63,615 nucleotides of DNA, filler included, from Reclinomonas americana ATCC 50394 (GCA_048213135.1; 20 parts of 20 records of this genome joined end to end with filler, not necessarily neighbours in it), one strand, 5' to 3'. Shown: positions 1-12,598, counted from the whole stretch's first letter. Translations and numbers: made by a program. Notes: generated from the letters alone by a model not told the origin.

Positions 1-9
1 CTTTCACAG

Positions 10-3000
10 GTGTGCGTCTCTCTCACGTGTGCAAGTCTCCACTGTTTGCGATCTGACTGTCTCTCTCTTCACACACACGCAGCATGTGCTTTCAGGAGCT
101 GCCTGCAGGCAACGATGTTGCGCCGCCATTGTGCACACACACACAGTCATCTCTCTGTCTCTTGTGTGACTCTGTGCTTGCACAGGTCCGCGATCTCTAC
201 GTGGGCGCCCTGCGTTGTCTGTACAAGTGCGGGTCAATGACTGGCTTCACGCCACCACCACGAGCACCCGACGACTCGGAAAGTTGCGAGTGCAGTCATC
301 GTCCTTGACTGATTGCTCTCTCTCTCTCTCTGACTCTCTGCACAGCTCCTGCATCGCAGCAACTGCAGGCGCACATTGTGTCCAAGTACGCCGATGAGGT
401 GCTGCTGAATCAGTTTGCGCTGCTCATCGAGCTGCGACTGGTGATGATCATGCTGTTGAGTCTCGTCAACTCTTGGAGCTCCTTCCACTGCTGCTTGATT
501 GATTTATTTCTTCCCCCTGCAGGTATCGCGACTTGCGCTTGTCGCGTGGTGCAGTCGACTATGCAGAGATGGTCCGGCGACTGCAAAGTGTGCGCACCGA
601 TTACGTTCTGAAGCTCACGCATCCGCACATGAAGCCGTTCGGTGACAACATCGAGTTGCGTGCTGTAGCACGCGTTGGCGCACGTGTGTGTGTGCACGTA
701 GTGACCGTGTCTCTCGTGTGCACAGATGGGAGGTCGCTTTCCTGTCGGCGTTCGCCAAGTACGAGGAGTCCATTGCCACGTACTGCTTTACCGATTCCAC
801 GCTGCAGCTGTGGAAGATGAAGCACGCGCTTGCCATGTGGCGCACCACGCACGCCACCAATTTTGCGTTGGCGTACGCACGCGTTCCGTCTCCCGCCGCA
901 TCGCCAGTCGCTCCACGCAAGAGCAAAGGAGCGGTTCGACGATCGGTGCGTCCTCCACATTGTTTCATGCGCGCCTCGTCCGCACCTCACTCTCCTCCCT
1001 CACCTGCAGCTTGGTTCCGCCGATCCACCCAACGACCCCATGCTCAACAATCCGACGCCGGCCGGCTCCAAACTACCCATGCTGCCGCCACCTTCACCTC
1101 GCGCTCCGATACCCACACGCCCACCGGCCCTCGATCACGGCGACGCGCAAGTGACGCTCCCATTGTTGACGTCGGCCATGGACAGCGAGGAAGTTGGAGT
1201 GCACAGCGGTGTCGGCGGCGATGGTGGCGGCGGCATTATCGTGGCTCCGCAGGCGATCCGCGCCGAGTCTATACACATTCCCGAAGGTTCACTTGCGTTT
1301 CCTGCCACATGCTGTGTTGGGTGGGTCATCTCATCAGCCGCTGCAGATCTGGAGGAGGCCGACCACTCACCGGCTCATCTCACATCACTCGATACGTGCC
1401 TGCTGACTCCGGACCAAGCGGGACCCACCAGCCCACCGGCTCGTGTCCGTGCTGCTGCAGCTCGCGCTCAAATCTTGAGTGCAGGGCGTGACGACGAGGT
1501 ACCATCGACTGCGATTCGTGTGTTTTGTCTGCATGCCACATGCTCACTAGTTTCGGTGGCAGGATGTCGAGTCGGACGATGCCGGGTGCAGCAGCGAGGC
1601 GTCGGGACTCAGCTCGGCATCCCGCCCGCTGGTGTCGGTGCTGAAAACATCGCACTCGACCGATGGACTGGCAAACATCGGTGCAGTCGGGGCGCAGGTG
1701 TTGACACCGGCCACTCCCACGAGCGCAGGCGGCAGTGGTGTCGGTTCGAAGCGTCATTCTCTTCTCCCTCTCGAGGTTTGTCCGTGCGCTGATTCGTTGC
1801 ACCGCTGTCTGGTCCCCCCTTCCCCCCCTGCGCAGCTCGACGACGTGTGATGTTCCAGTTGCCGAGTCAAACACCGCCGGCGTCGCCAGGCCGTGGAAGC
1901 GACTCGGTGCCGTCGTCGGCGGTGATGGGAGCTGCTGAACTGGCAAATCGTCGCACGGGATCTCCGGCAGCGTCGGCCGCCGCCGCCGCCATCTCGTCAT
2001 CCATTGTCGGTGCGAGTGATGCGAGTCATGCACGCGCAGAATTGCGGCAATCTCACTGTTTCCATCGCACGCGCGCAGGAAGTACTGCGTCGGCAGCCAG
2101 CAGTGCTGCCGCCATGGTGGCTGCCGCGTCCGCGGACAGCGCCGCCCGTATGATTCGTGGCACACACGCATCCCCTCCTGCGACAAGCAAGAAGTGAGTC
2201 CCTCGGTTGTGGGAATTCACGTAATTTTTGTTGACTGATTGGTTGTTTGCAGCGCCCCACGCGCATCATCGGCACCGCCCATCGATGTGTCGTCCACTGG
2301 ACCCGTTACCTTTGTCGATCGGTGGACGCCCCTCCCGCTGGCGCGCTGGATGTCCACCATGTTCATGTTTGCGCAGAGCAAGTGCACTCTGCTGTACTCG
2401 CGTCTCATCCGACCATTCGAGGGCTCCTTCGACAAGGAACTCGAGTTGGAGAGTGCACGGCCGGGCATTCAGTATCTTGTGTGGTGCGTGTCACACATCA
2501 CACTGGCTTGTGCTATCTCTTCCCTTCTCATTCGTGTTCTCTCCCTCCCTCCCGCAGGGTCGAGTGGTTCTTCCGCACCACCGAGGCGGCACACTTTCTT
2601 CTGATCATGGACTGCCAGGGCTTGTCACGCGTGTCACTGGACGGCTACTTGTGCACACTGCCCAGATACAGCGACGATGCAGAGGACGCCGACGACTATG
2701 GCGACATGCCGCTTACCGGCTTGCGCGCATGGCCAGCAGTGTTTCAGCTGCCCACGGTTTGCTTGCAGACTCTCTCTCGCTCTCTCCCTCTCTCTCTCTC
2801 CTTTTTGTATTCATTCTCCCGCACGCAGGACGTCGCCGTGTCGCCCGCCCATTGGCCCAACATTGTCAGCTTGCTCACGTACCACGCACCGGCACTCGCT
2901 GCTCGCCCGACACCCATCCGGCACGTGGAGGTCTGACAAATCGTCCCCACCCCTCTTTCTTTCCCTCCCACCGCTGTTCTTACCCGAGATGCACCTGAGC

Positions 3001-3236
3001 AGGAACGACCCAAAAACACCTACTTTCTCTCCAAACTCGGCCCCCGTCTCTACGCCGTGTGCGTCTACGACCCGGCTCCGAAAAAGGGCTCGGAGAAAAT
3101 CGTGCACGAATTCCTCACCAACTTCACGTACTGCATGTCGAACACCAAGGGCTTCAGCCTGCTGACCAAGACAGCAGCGGCGGCCACCGCTGCGGCCACT
3201 GCAGTGGCCACACACGAGAAGGGCTCCAAGTCATAG
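10..3236 (+). CDS. KICS2: KICSTOR subunit 2 (C12orf66 family) homologue; multi-exon, 5'-partial, with a long low-complexity insertion (~890-2330)
   Basis: Spliced exons give VRDLYVGALRCL, LLNQFALLIELRLVMIMLYRDL, KLTHPHMKPFGDNIEWEVAFL, LARWMSTMFMFAQSKCTLLY, EWFFRTTEAAHFLLIMD, WPAVFQLP, HWPNIVSLL and TYFLSKLGPRLYAVCVY..EFLTNFTYCMSNTKGF, with stop TAG ending at 3236. These blocks are colinear with human C12orf66 as I recall it (HHPILSPL..FQLEVDVL, YPAVVSLP, HWPNVIMIM, TYFLTRPEPHF). Confidence 0.75.
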
Positions 3237-3302
3237 CAATGAACGTCGCCAGCAAATTGAAGTTGTCCTCTTGTCTCTCTCTCTTTCCCCATCATACGTA
3301 TC

Positions 3303-3751
3303 ATGAGCGACGTGGACTCGCTTCTGCGGCAAGAGTTTGCCACTCGTGCCCGCGTCGATTGGCTCAACTGGTGGAAGGCACAGTCGGGTCGCCGAGTGGT
3401 TCTGCGACTGTACGAAGAGTTGAGTCTGCGCGTCTCTCTCACACACGCACACACTCTGATCTGCATCTCACTCTCTGTGTGTGCATGTGTGTGTGTGCGT
3501 GTGACCATGACAGCATCACTGCAGAGGGAGTGTTCGAGGCCTGCGATGCACCTCTCACAGTGCTGCTCATTTCGCAGCTGCAGACGACGCTGGGCACGTA
3601 TCCGTGGGCCACAATTCGTGTCGCCGATGTGATGGCCTTGGAGTTCATGCCCGCCATCAGTGAGGAAGAAGGGGAGGGAAGGGAGGGCCCTGCAGCAGCA
3701 GCAGCAGCACCCAAGGAAGAGGAGGAGAGAGAAGAGGAAGCGCCCAGATAG
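3303..3751 (+). CDS. GEMIN7: Gemin7-like Sm-fold protein (SMN complex); exons 3303-3418 and 3514-3751
   Basis: Spliced product MSDVDSLLRQEFATRARVDWLNWWKAQSGRRVVLRLYEDITAEGVFEACDAPLTVLLISQLQTTLGTYPWATIRVADVMALEF plus an acidic tail. It matches the Gemin7 pattern (G..V...L.E...V...F.A.D......VS.LQTP.G....A..R..D). Confidence 0.72.
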
Positions 3752-3760
3752 ATTGTAATG

Positions 3761-3884
3761 CTAGTTGTGTTGTTTATTGTTGTTCTTGTTGGTCACCTCA
3801 GGTCGCCGGGGCTGCAGAGACACGAGAGAGTGAGTGCCTTGTCTTTCTCGTTTGATGACAGGCCGTACGCAACATGCCACGTGG
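3761..3884 (-). CDS. Possible 3' end of an unidentified minus-strand gene whose body lies in the gap
   Basis: The minus strand shows CTCAC, a pyrimidine tract and a CAG acceptor near 3812, followed by a short coding-like tail. No family can be assigned. Confidence 0.2.
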
Positions 3885-3984
3885 NNNNNNNNNNNNNNNN
3901 NNNNNNNNNNNNNNNNNNNNNNNNNNNNTTAATTAATTAANNNNNNNNNNNNNNNNNNNNNNNNNNNNNNNNNNNNNNNNNNNN
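3885..3984. other. Assembly gap spacer (N-run, TTAATTAATTAA, N-run). First of 19; others start at about 5727, 7312, 8878, 10859, 17862, 19936, 23355, 26187, 28305, 29814, 35695, 37213, 40920, 45415, 47874, 49449, 51141 and 52764
   Basis: Identical 100-nt cassettes with stops in all six frames. Thiolase coding sequence continues without loss across two of them, so contig order is real there. Other gaps hide exons (MFP Rossmann motif, TBC N-terminal half). Confidence 0.97.
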
Positions 3985-4015
3985 GAGAGAGAGAGAGAAA
4001 GAGAGAGATAGAGCA

Positions 4016-4435
4016 TGTCAGGTTGCAGCTCGAATCTTGGGCTTTCTTGAGCAAGAGGGAGAGAGTGAGAGAAGAGAGAGACAGAGTGAGAGAGAGTGAG
4101 AGAGAAAGAGAGAGCGAGGCATGTGCTTTTGTCAGGTTGCAGCTTGAATCTTGGGCTTTCTTGAGCAAGAGGAGGGAGGAAAGGGGGAGGAGAAGGGAAG
4201 GGAGTGAGGGAGAACAGATGAGTGAGGCAGGGAGCCAGAAAGAGATGAACAGAGCGAGACATGGGCTTCTGTCAGGATGCAGTTGGAGAGTGGGCTTTCT
4301 TTGAGAGAGGATTTGAGGAGAGGAGCTTTTGTTGCAGCTTGAGGGTTGGGTTTGTTAGTGAGAGGGAGTGAGAGCGAGACTCGGGCTTTTGTCAGGTTGC
4401 AGCTTGAATCTTGGGCTTTCCTGAGCAAGAGGGAA
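4016..4435. repeat. Interspersed ~42-bp direct repeat (GTCAGGTTGCAGCTTGAATCTTGGGCTTTCTTGAGCAAGAGG) separated by GA-rich spacers
   Basis: Near-identical copies at ~4017, ~4131 and ~4391; degenerate copies at ~4271 and ~4331. Confidence 0.8.
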
Positions 4436-4954
4436 TGGTGCAGTGCGAGGCTTGGGCTTCTTGAGAGGGGAGCAGCCATGATGCAGCTTGAGAGAGAGAG
4501 AGAAAGGAGACTTCGGCATGGTTGAGAGGGTAGATGTCACGGTGCAGCGAGAGAGAGAGAAAGAAAGAGAGAATCGAAAGCGACTGCCCCAAGCTGCATT
4601 CTGAATGCTTCTCTCTCTGTCTCTGTCTCTCTCTGTCTCTCAACCTGTCTGCAATGCTCTAGTCTTGCAGAGGGATTGGGCGTCTTTGGGCATTCTTTTG
4701 AGAAAGAGAGAGGAAGAGAAGGAAGCTGCGTTTTATTTGATCATTCTTGTGAGAAAAGCGTTCATTTTGCAGCTGAGTATTTTTCAGAGAGATAGAGAGA
4801 AAGATAAAGAAGAACCTCGAGACTTGGGCGTTCTGGAATTAGAAGGAGTTCCTTGAGTTTGCAGTGGGGCGAGTGAGACGCTCTCTCTCCTTTTCTCACT
4901 GCTCGCTTTTCTGTCCGTGTCTCGATCGCTCACTGCCCTTCCCCTTCTTTGTAG

Positions 4955-7524
4955 CTTCTCCACTGGATCATCACCTCCCGCCACCACCACCGCCAGTGGC
5001 GCCTTGGTGACAGCCTCCGCAACTGCCGCCATGATGTGCCTGGCTTCGGAGGGACAGGAGAGACCTGCCACCGCCATGGTGTGGGTGCTGGGAGATGATG
5101 GTGGGTCGTCATATCTCTCTCGTTACGACGTCATGACTGGCTTCGCTCATGCGCTGGGGGTGACTGCAGGCTCGCTGAGAACGCTGAGGGAGTGTGCGGA
5201 TGGATTGCTGGAGCCGGTGAGTGCATTTAGAGAAAGGAAGAGAGGATGAATGGAGTGATGGCCTTCTCTCGCTGCTCGCCCCTGCTCTCGCTGCTCGTTA
5301 TTTTCTCTCGCTGCTCGCTGTTCCTCTCGCTGCTCGCTGTTCCTCTCGCTGCTCGCTGTTCCTCTCGCTGCTCGCTGTTCCTCTCGCTGCTCGCTGTTCC
5401 TCTCGCTGCTCGCTGTTCCTCTCGCTGCTCGCTGTTCCTCTCGCTGCTCGCTGTTCCTCTCGCTGCTCGCTGTTCCTCTCGGCGCTCGCCTTTCTCTCTC
5501 GCTGCTCGCCTTTCTCTCTCGCTGCTCGCCTTTCTCTCTCGCTGCTCGCCTTTTCACTCGCTGCTCGCCTTTTCTCTCGTTGCTCGCCATTTCTCTCGCT
5601 GCTCGCCATTTCTCTCGCTGCTCGCCTTTTCTCTCGCTGCTCGCCTTTTCTCTCGCTGCTCGCCTTTTCTCTCGCTGCTCGCCTTTTCTCTCGCTGCTCG
5701 CCTTTTCCCTCGCTGCTCGCCTTTTCNNNNNNNNNNNNNNNNNNNNNNNNNNNNNNNNNNNNNNNNNNNNTTAATTAATTAANNNNNNNNNNNNNNNNNN
5801 NNNNNNNNNNNNNNNNNNNNNNNNNNGCTCGCCTTTTCTCTCGTTGCTCGCCCTTTCTCTCGCTGCTCGCCATTTCTCTCGCTGCTCGCCTTTTCTCTCG
5901 CTGCTCCCCTTCTCTCTCGCTGCTCGCCCTTCTCTCTCGCTGCTCGCCTTTTCTCTCTCGCTGCTCGCCTTTTCTCTCTCGCTGCTCGCCTTTTCTCTCT
6001 CGCTGCTCGCCTTTTCTCTCTCGCTGCTCGCCTTTTCTCTCCTTCCCCCTTCTCCTTCCCCCTTTCATCTTCCCCCTTCTCCTTCCCCCTTCCCCCTTCC
6101 CCCTTTCCCCTTCCCCCCTTCCCCCTCACACCTCCTCCTTCCCCTAATAGGGCGTGGAACTGATGCCCCCCGCCCCCGACACCACCACCCCACACATCAC
6201 CGCCTTCCGCCCCACCAGTGGCTTCTCCTCCACCGACGGCGAGTACGTGTGCGGTCTCAGCACCGGCCTCGTGGAGATCCGCACGCCGACGGTGACGGAG
6301 CTGAGCGCGTATGCCAGTCCCACTTTCTGGGGCTCACCGACCACGCTGCTGGCCACCACACACGAGCAGCGAGTGCCGTTCACCAGCCGCATGGTGGGCA
6401 TGCACCGAGCGACCGTGACGGCGGTGCTGGACGACGATGCGTGCGTGTACTCGTGCGCGCAGGATGGCACGGTGTCGCGGTGGATGAAGAGGGTGCGTTT
6501 TGGGAGAAGAGGATTGGGTGTCTTTGGATTCTCTCTCCTTATTCTGAAGTTTGTGTTGGTGCAGGGCGACGCCCACTCGGCGCCCGACTGGTCTGCCTCG
6601 CTAAACTCGGCCGTTAACGACATGATCATGGTGACGAGTAGCGGGTCGGCCGAGTTGTGGATTGCGTGCGCGTCGGGCGAGGTGGTGGTGTTGTGCGCCG
6701 CGAATGGGCAGGTGCTGATGCGGGAGAAGTTGCACTCGGGAGCGGTGCATTGTTTGGTGGAGTCGTGCTGCTGCGAGGATGCCTCAGGTGACTTGCGGGG
6801 AAAGGATGACTTGTGGGGAAAAGGGTGACTTGTTGGGAAAGGGTGACTTGTTGGGAAAGGGTGATTTGTTTGGGAAAGGGTGACTTGTGGGGAAAGGGTG
6901 ACTTGTGGGGAAAGGGTGACTTGTGGGGAAAGGGTGACTTGTTGTGAGAGAGTGACTTGTGGGGAGAGAGTGACTTGTTGGGAAAGGGTGACTCGACTCA
7001 TCATCCTCCTCTTTCCTATCTCTCTCTCACACATTTATCGTCCCTCTGTGTTCGTCTCCATCTATCCACTCATTGTCTCCGTGTTTGTATGTCGTCTCTA
7101 CGGATGTCTTCATTTCTTTTGTCACCGCTGATATCTTTGCTATGTTCTTCTGCGTCGCCGCTTGCTGTATCGATTCCGTATGCCGAGGATTTGTTTTGCT
7201 CACGTACATCAAGTCGTCAGCGAGATTTGCTCCCAGTTGTCATTCTACTTTCTCTTCGCCAACTTTTTCTGTCCCGTCTCATCGTCGTCGTCCTTTCTCT
7301 CTCTCTCTCTCNNNNNNNNNNNNNNNNNNNNNNNNNNNNNNNNNNNNNNNNNNNNTTAATTAATTAANNNNNNNNNNNNNNNNNNNNNNNNNNNNNNNNN
7401 NNNNNNNNNNNGTTTCGTCTACGTACTACTACTACGTACGTCGTACGTCGACGTAGTTAGTCTCCTACGTCGTCGTCTCTACTTCTTCTTCTCTACTTTA
7501 CTTCGTTCCGTCTCTCTCTCGTCG

Positions 7525-7578
<54 letters not shown>

Positions 7579-10500
7579 TTTTCATATTTGTTCGTCTCCA
7601 TCTTTCCACTCACAGTCTCATTCGGCAGTTCTTCTCATCCAGCTGCTCTCCTTTCTTTTTATCACTTGTATCTTTACTTGCATTTCGCTGCTTCTCGATA
7701 CACCACCTCCTCTCTCTCTCTATATATATCTCTCTCTCGCGTTATTCTGCTTGTTCTTCTTCACCATTCCACTCTTTCACGTCTTCGTCAGATCTTTCTC
7801 TTGGACTGCATCTCTTCTCCTCCTTTCACCCTTCACCTTTGCTGTCCCGCTCCCTCCACCCTCCCTTCTCTTCTCCAGCCCTCACCTTTCCCCCTCCCCC
7901 TTTCTCACCCTTCCCCCTTCTCCCTTGTTGCAGACCAACAACAACAACCCGTGGTATGGACTGGCGGCGACAATGCCGAGATTTTTGTGTGGAGCGTGCA
8001 CTCGAAGGAGCTGATGCACCAGCTGGAGCCACCGGCGCACGGCTCCATCCCCGCCGGCGGGGCGCTGACGCCGGGGAGCGGGCGGTCGGCGATTCGCGCG
8101 CTGGCTGCCTACCGCACCGACGGGACCGACTCGTCGGAGCAATACATTGTGTACAGTATGGATGAGCGCTCGGTGCTGGTGTCGTGGAATGCGAGGGTGC
8201 GTGTAAGGGGAGGAGGGGGAATTGTGCTTGGCTGCTGACTTGCGTTGTGGCGCAGATTTTGCAAGTGAACACGGTGGACATGCGTATGCATCGGCGCGAG
8301 TCGACAATGGCCACACTCGCCGCCACGCAGCATCACGTGTTTTTGGGAATGGACACGCTCACCTGTCGAACGACGGAGGTGAGCAAGCGTGCAGAGGGGG
8401 TAGGGAGGCGTGTACGTTTCTCATTTTCTTTGCGCAGTCTGGTATCCGGTCGCTGGCATTCGCAGTGACAGCCTCCAAGCGGTACATCAACACGCTGCAG
8501 GAGGAGAGTCGCGCGCTGAAGGACGACAACAAGCTGCTGCGCACGGAGCCGATTGTGAGTTGACGAGCCCTTGTCTTCGCTCCCTTTCTCTCCCCCCTTC
8601 ACTTTACATCCCCCCTTTCGTCTTCCCCCTTCGTCTTCCCCCCTTGTCCTCCCCCTCTTTCCCCCTCGTTCCCCCTCGTTCCCCCCTTGTCTTCCCCCCT
8701 TGTCTCCCCCCTTGTCTTCCCCCTCTGTCTTCCCCGTTGTCTTCCCCCTTGCACTTCCCCCTTGCACTTCCCCCATCTCTTCCCCCGTTGTCTTCCCCCT
8801 CTGTCTTCCCCTCTGTCTTCCCCCTCTGTCTTCCCCTCTGTCTTCCCCTCTGTCTTCCCCTCTTTCCCCCTCTTTCCNNNNNNNNNNNNNNNNNNNNNNN
8901 NNNNNNNNNNNNNNNNNNNNNTTAATTAATTAANNNNNNNNNNNNNNNNNNNNNNNNNNNNNNNNNNNNNNNNNNNNATTGAAGAGAGAGTATGGACATC
9001 TCCGACAGCTGACCAGGCTTGCGCACAGCTTCTCGCAACAAGTGATGGAGACGATGATTGAGCAACTGCCGAGTGCTGTCGAGGGGCATGGCGTCGATAT
9101 TGACATGGGGGGCGTAGATTACGTGGTGAGTGATCGTTCGTCTGGTGACAAGGGCCTTCGCTGGCTCATATTTCATCGCAGCATGGCGTTGATGACGACG
9201 TGCAAACGTCGCATGCTCGCGCTGACTCGACGGATTACCTGATGATGGTGTCGGAGCTGCAGCGGGATGACAAGTTTGTGGATTTTGTGATGGAGTTGGT
9301 AAGTGGCGTGGGGGAAAGGTGGAAGGATGGAAAGGGAGGGAGGGGCATGAAGAGAAGGAGAGTGAGTGAATCAGGAAGCCACGAGAGAAACACTCGTTCA
9401 TCTGTTCTTGCACTCTCCTTCTCTCTCTGCATCTTTCTCTTCGTTCCTCTTTTCGATCTTTCCCTTCGTTCCTCTTTTCGATTTTTTCCCTTCGTTCCTA
9501 TTTTCGATCTTTCCCTTCGTTCCTCACTGCGTTCCTCTCTTTGTTCCTCTCTCCGTTCCTCTCTCTTCAGTCTCTCTCTCCGTTCCTCTCTCCGTTCCTC
9601 TCTCCGTTCCTCTCTCCGTTCCTCTCTTCGTTCCTCTCTCCGTTCCTCTCTTTGTTCCTCACTGCGTTCCTCTCTTCGTTCCTCTATTCGTTCCTCTCTT
9701 CGTTCCTCTATTCGTTCCTCTCTTCGTTCCTCTCTTTGTTCCTCTCTTCGTTCCTCTCTTCGTTCCTCTCTTTGTTCCTCTCTTCGTTCCTCTCTTCGTT
9801 CCTCTCTTCGTTCCTCTCTTCGTTCCTCTCTTCGTTCCTCTCTTTGTTCCTCACTGCGTTCCTCTCTCCGTTCCTCACTGCGTTCCTCTCTCCGTTCCTC
9901 ACTGCGTTCCTCTCTCCGTTCCTCACTGCGTTCCTCTCTTTGTTCCTCACTGCGTTCCTCTCTCCGTTCCTCACTGCGTTCCTCTCTTCGTTCCTCACTG
10001 CGTTCCTCTCTTCGTTCCTCACTGCGTTCCTCTCTTCGTTCCTCACTGCGTTCCTCTCTTCGTTCCTCACTGCGTTCCTCTCTTCGTTCCTCTCTCTCTC
10101 TCTCGCGTTCTTTATCTCACTCTCTCTCGCTCTCTTGCTCTTTCTCGCTCTCGCTCTCTTGCTCTTTCTCGCTCTCGCTCTCTCTCGCTCTCGCTCTCTC
10201 TCGCTCTCGCTCTCTCTCGCTCTCGCTCTCTCTCGCTCTCGCTCTCTCTCCATATGTGTCTCCTTCTGTGATTCTCCTGTTCCCTCAAGCCACCGACCAT
10301 TTCGAGTGAGATCGAGGAAAGCAAAAGTACATGGGAGTTCAGGAATCGAGCTTGATGACATCAGCGTTTCTCTCACTCCTGTCCCATCGATCTTTCTCGT
10401 CTCTCGTCACTCACCGACGCTTGCCACAGAAACAATGCGTCCCTGAGGCCGAGCGTCCCGAATACCTCGATGCTTGCACACAGCTGCTTCGCTCGGACGA

Positions 10501-12598
10501 AGTGCTGTGTCGTGTGCAAGATTTCCTCGAGATGCTGGTTCGTCTTCACCTACGCTTCCCCCGTCCAAAGCGTGATCGCTGACTGCTTTCATCACACAGG
10601 GTGACTCGCAAGTCGACATGGCCACGATATTACCGTTCCTGCGCAACCTGACTGCCGAGGAAGTGGAATTGCATTCGCGCGTCGTTGCGTCCTCTCCTCC
10701 GATCTTCCCCTTCTTCCCTTTCTCCCCCTTTCTCTCTCTCCTTTCTCCCCCTTTCTCCCTCTCCTTTCTCCCCCCTTTCTCCCTCTCCTATCTCCCCCCT
10801 TTCTCCCTCTCCTATCTCCCCCCTTTCTCCCCCCTTTTCTCCCCCCTTTTCTCCCCCCNNNNNNNNNNNNNNNNNNNNNNNNNNNNNNNNNNNNNNNNNN
10901 NNTTAATTAATTAANNNNNNNNNNNNNNNNNNNNNNNNNNNNNNNNNNNNNNNNNNNNTCTCCCCCTTTCTCCCCCTTTCTCCCCCCTTTCTCCCCCCTT
11001 TCTCCCCCCTTTCTCTCCCGCTATTCTCCCCGTTTCTCCCCCTCACCCTTTGCGCCCCCAGGAGCAAGTCTGCGCCGACCCCGCAACCCGCCTCGGCGTG
11101 CTGGAGGTGCTAGCCAAGATACAGCGCGGCGAGCACCACTCGTTCATGCAATCGCTGCTCGACAACAATGCGGACGAAATGGAGGCGGAGTTGGCGTTTT
11201 TGAGGCGAATGGTGAGTTATCCATCTGCGGAGAGTGTTATGGTAATTATCTCATTTTGGTGTTGCGCAGCGTGAGGCTGGGCCGGGCGATGAGCGCCGCC
11301 GGGATGACCGACTGCAACTGCTGCGCCACCTCACGAAACTCGTGCACTTTGGGCAGTCGTTCCTGTCGTTTGCGAGAGAAATGGTTTGCTGGCAACCTCG
11401 CCATAAAATGAGCTTCTCTCTTACTTTGTGCCCTTTCCGCAGTCACAAGCATTCCCCGACGCCGGCGGCGAGGAAGCGCGTCGTGGAGCGATGGCGACCC
11501 TCACGGCGATGGCTGACTTGCTGCACGGTGCGGCGCGTGCGCCGGATCCGGTCGAGCATGTGCGATTGCGTGCGCAGGCGAATCCGTCGGATGCGGCGGC
11601 GGTGGAGAAACTGAGCAAGAGGTGAATGCTGGGAAAGGGAGGCTTTATCTTTCCCTCTTTCTCTCACTCTCTTTCCCTCTTCGCAGACTGTTCTCCATGA
11701 CCTGTGACCTCCGACGACTGCAACGACGTGACAAGTGGGCCATGGATGGCCTCAAGTGGCCTCCCGGCGTCGACGAGTGGATGCACGCTGATGCGGTTTG
11801 TGAAACCAGAGAGCTTTCGGTCTGTGATAAGCATCTCACACATCTCGCTCTACTCAATAGTCCCACAACATCGACCTCGTCACCCGCTTCACTCCATTCT
11901 CCGCGATTAACTCGACCACTGGCATGCAAGCCTCGTCGCCATATTCGGTGCTCCCGCCGCCCTCCTCCTCCACAACTGGTGGGGATGACAACGCCATCAA
12001 ATCTCTGTCGACCACGGAAAAAGTGCTCGAATCGCTGCTGGCCGAGTGGCAGGCGGTGGAGTCGCCACCATCCACAGAGCGCGTACGTCTGCCGCTGGAC
12101 CGTCTGTTGTGGTACGCCCTGGGCATGCGGGAACGCTGCGTGCAAGAAATCAAACGCGGCCGCTCCACCGAACACGGCGTCGGTGCGGCGGTGCAAGAGT
12201 GCAAGGACGACGTGACGTTTGTGGCGGAGGAATTCAGTGCCATGTGCGACGAGCTCGGCTACGCCGTCACCAACGACATGCAGCGCACGTCGTCGGTGTC
12301 GTTGCACTTGTTCCGCATGCTCAGCGAGCGACCACAAGCGTGGTGGGAGCAGTTGAGTTTGCGGAGCAAGTGCGAGACGGCGATTCTGGAGTTGGTGAGC
12401 GAGTGCATCTCGCTGCACATGCAGTTGTATGAGGAGCGGGCGTTTCAGCGGCTAGGCGATGAGGATGAGGAGGGGGAGGGGGTGGATGGGGAGGGTGGAG
12501 GAGGTGCGGGTGGTGGTGGTGGGGGTGTGTCGGGGTCGTCGTCATCGTATGAGGCGATGTTGTTGGCGGCGGCGGCGGATGCGGTGTGGGGGGATTGA
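4955..12598 (+). CDS. Large multi-exon protein: N-terminal WD40/beta-propeller repeats, coiled coil, helical C-terminal region; family unknown, probably 5'-partial
   Basis: GT-AG-bounded exons at ~4955-5216, 6151-6492, 6565-6787, 7934-8196, 8256-8378, 8437-8554, ~8979-9298, ~10430-10683, ~11062-11795 and ~11861-12598. WD-like motifs: MHRATVTAV..VYSCAQDGTVSRW, LHSGAVHCL..VWTGGDNAEIFVW. Gaps interrupt it, so a single gene is inferred. Confidence 0.55.
5266..6040. repeat. Intronic ~19-21-bp minisatellite (CTCTCGCTGCTCGCCTTTT / CTCTCGCTGCTCGCTGTTC)
   Basis: Dozens of tandem copies on both sides of a gap. Confidence 0.95.
6790..6993. repeat. Intronic ~18-19-bp minisatellite (GGGAAAGGGTGACTTGTG/T)
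   Basis: About 10 tandem copies right after a splice donor. Confidence 0.9.
9440..10250. repeat. Intronic 12-bp minisatellite (TTCCTCTCTTCG / TTCCTCACTGCG) followed by CTCTCG repeats
   Basis: Long tandem array; source of the spurious SSLR/VPLF ORFs. Confidence 0.95.

Noticed and set aside
3929..3940. Recurring palindrome TTAATTAATTAA as a biological motif
   Set aside because: Always centred in N-runs of fixed length; a synthetic six-frame-stop scaffold spacer.
4016..4435. CRISPR-like repeat-spacer array
   Set aside because: Spacers are low-complexity GA tracts of uneven length, repeats degenerate irregularly, no cas genes, eukaryotic context.
7412..7480. TACG-rich semi-palindromic stretch (also ~45300-45414 and ~45515-45530)
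   Set aside because: Found only at contig ends beside gaps and resembles low-quality pyrosequencing flow noise.
9200..10446. Long ORFs with SSLR, VPLF or FLSS repeats (similar ORFs at 5147-5782, 19322-19991, 32773-33957, 52889-54376, 56881-58419)
   Set aside because: Mostly translations of stop-free intronic micro/minisatellites; the real exons within them are short and bounded by GT-AG.
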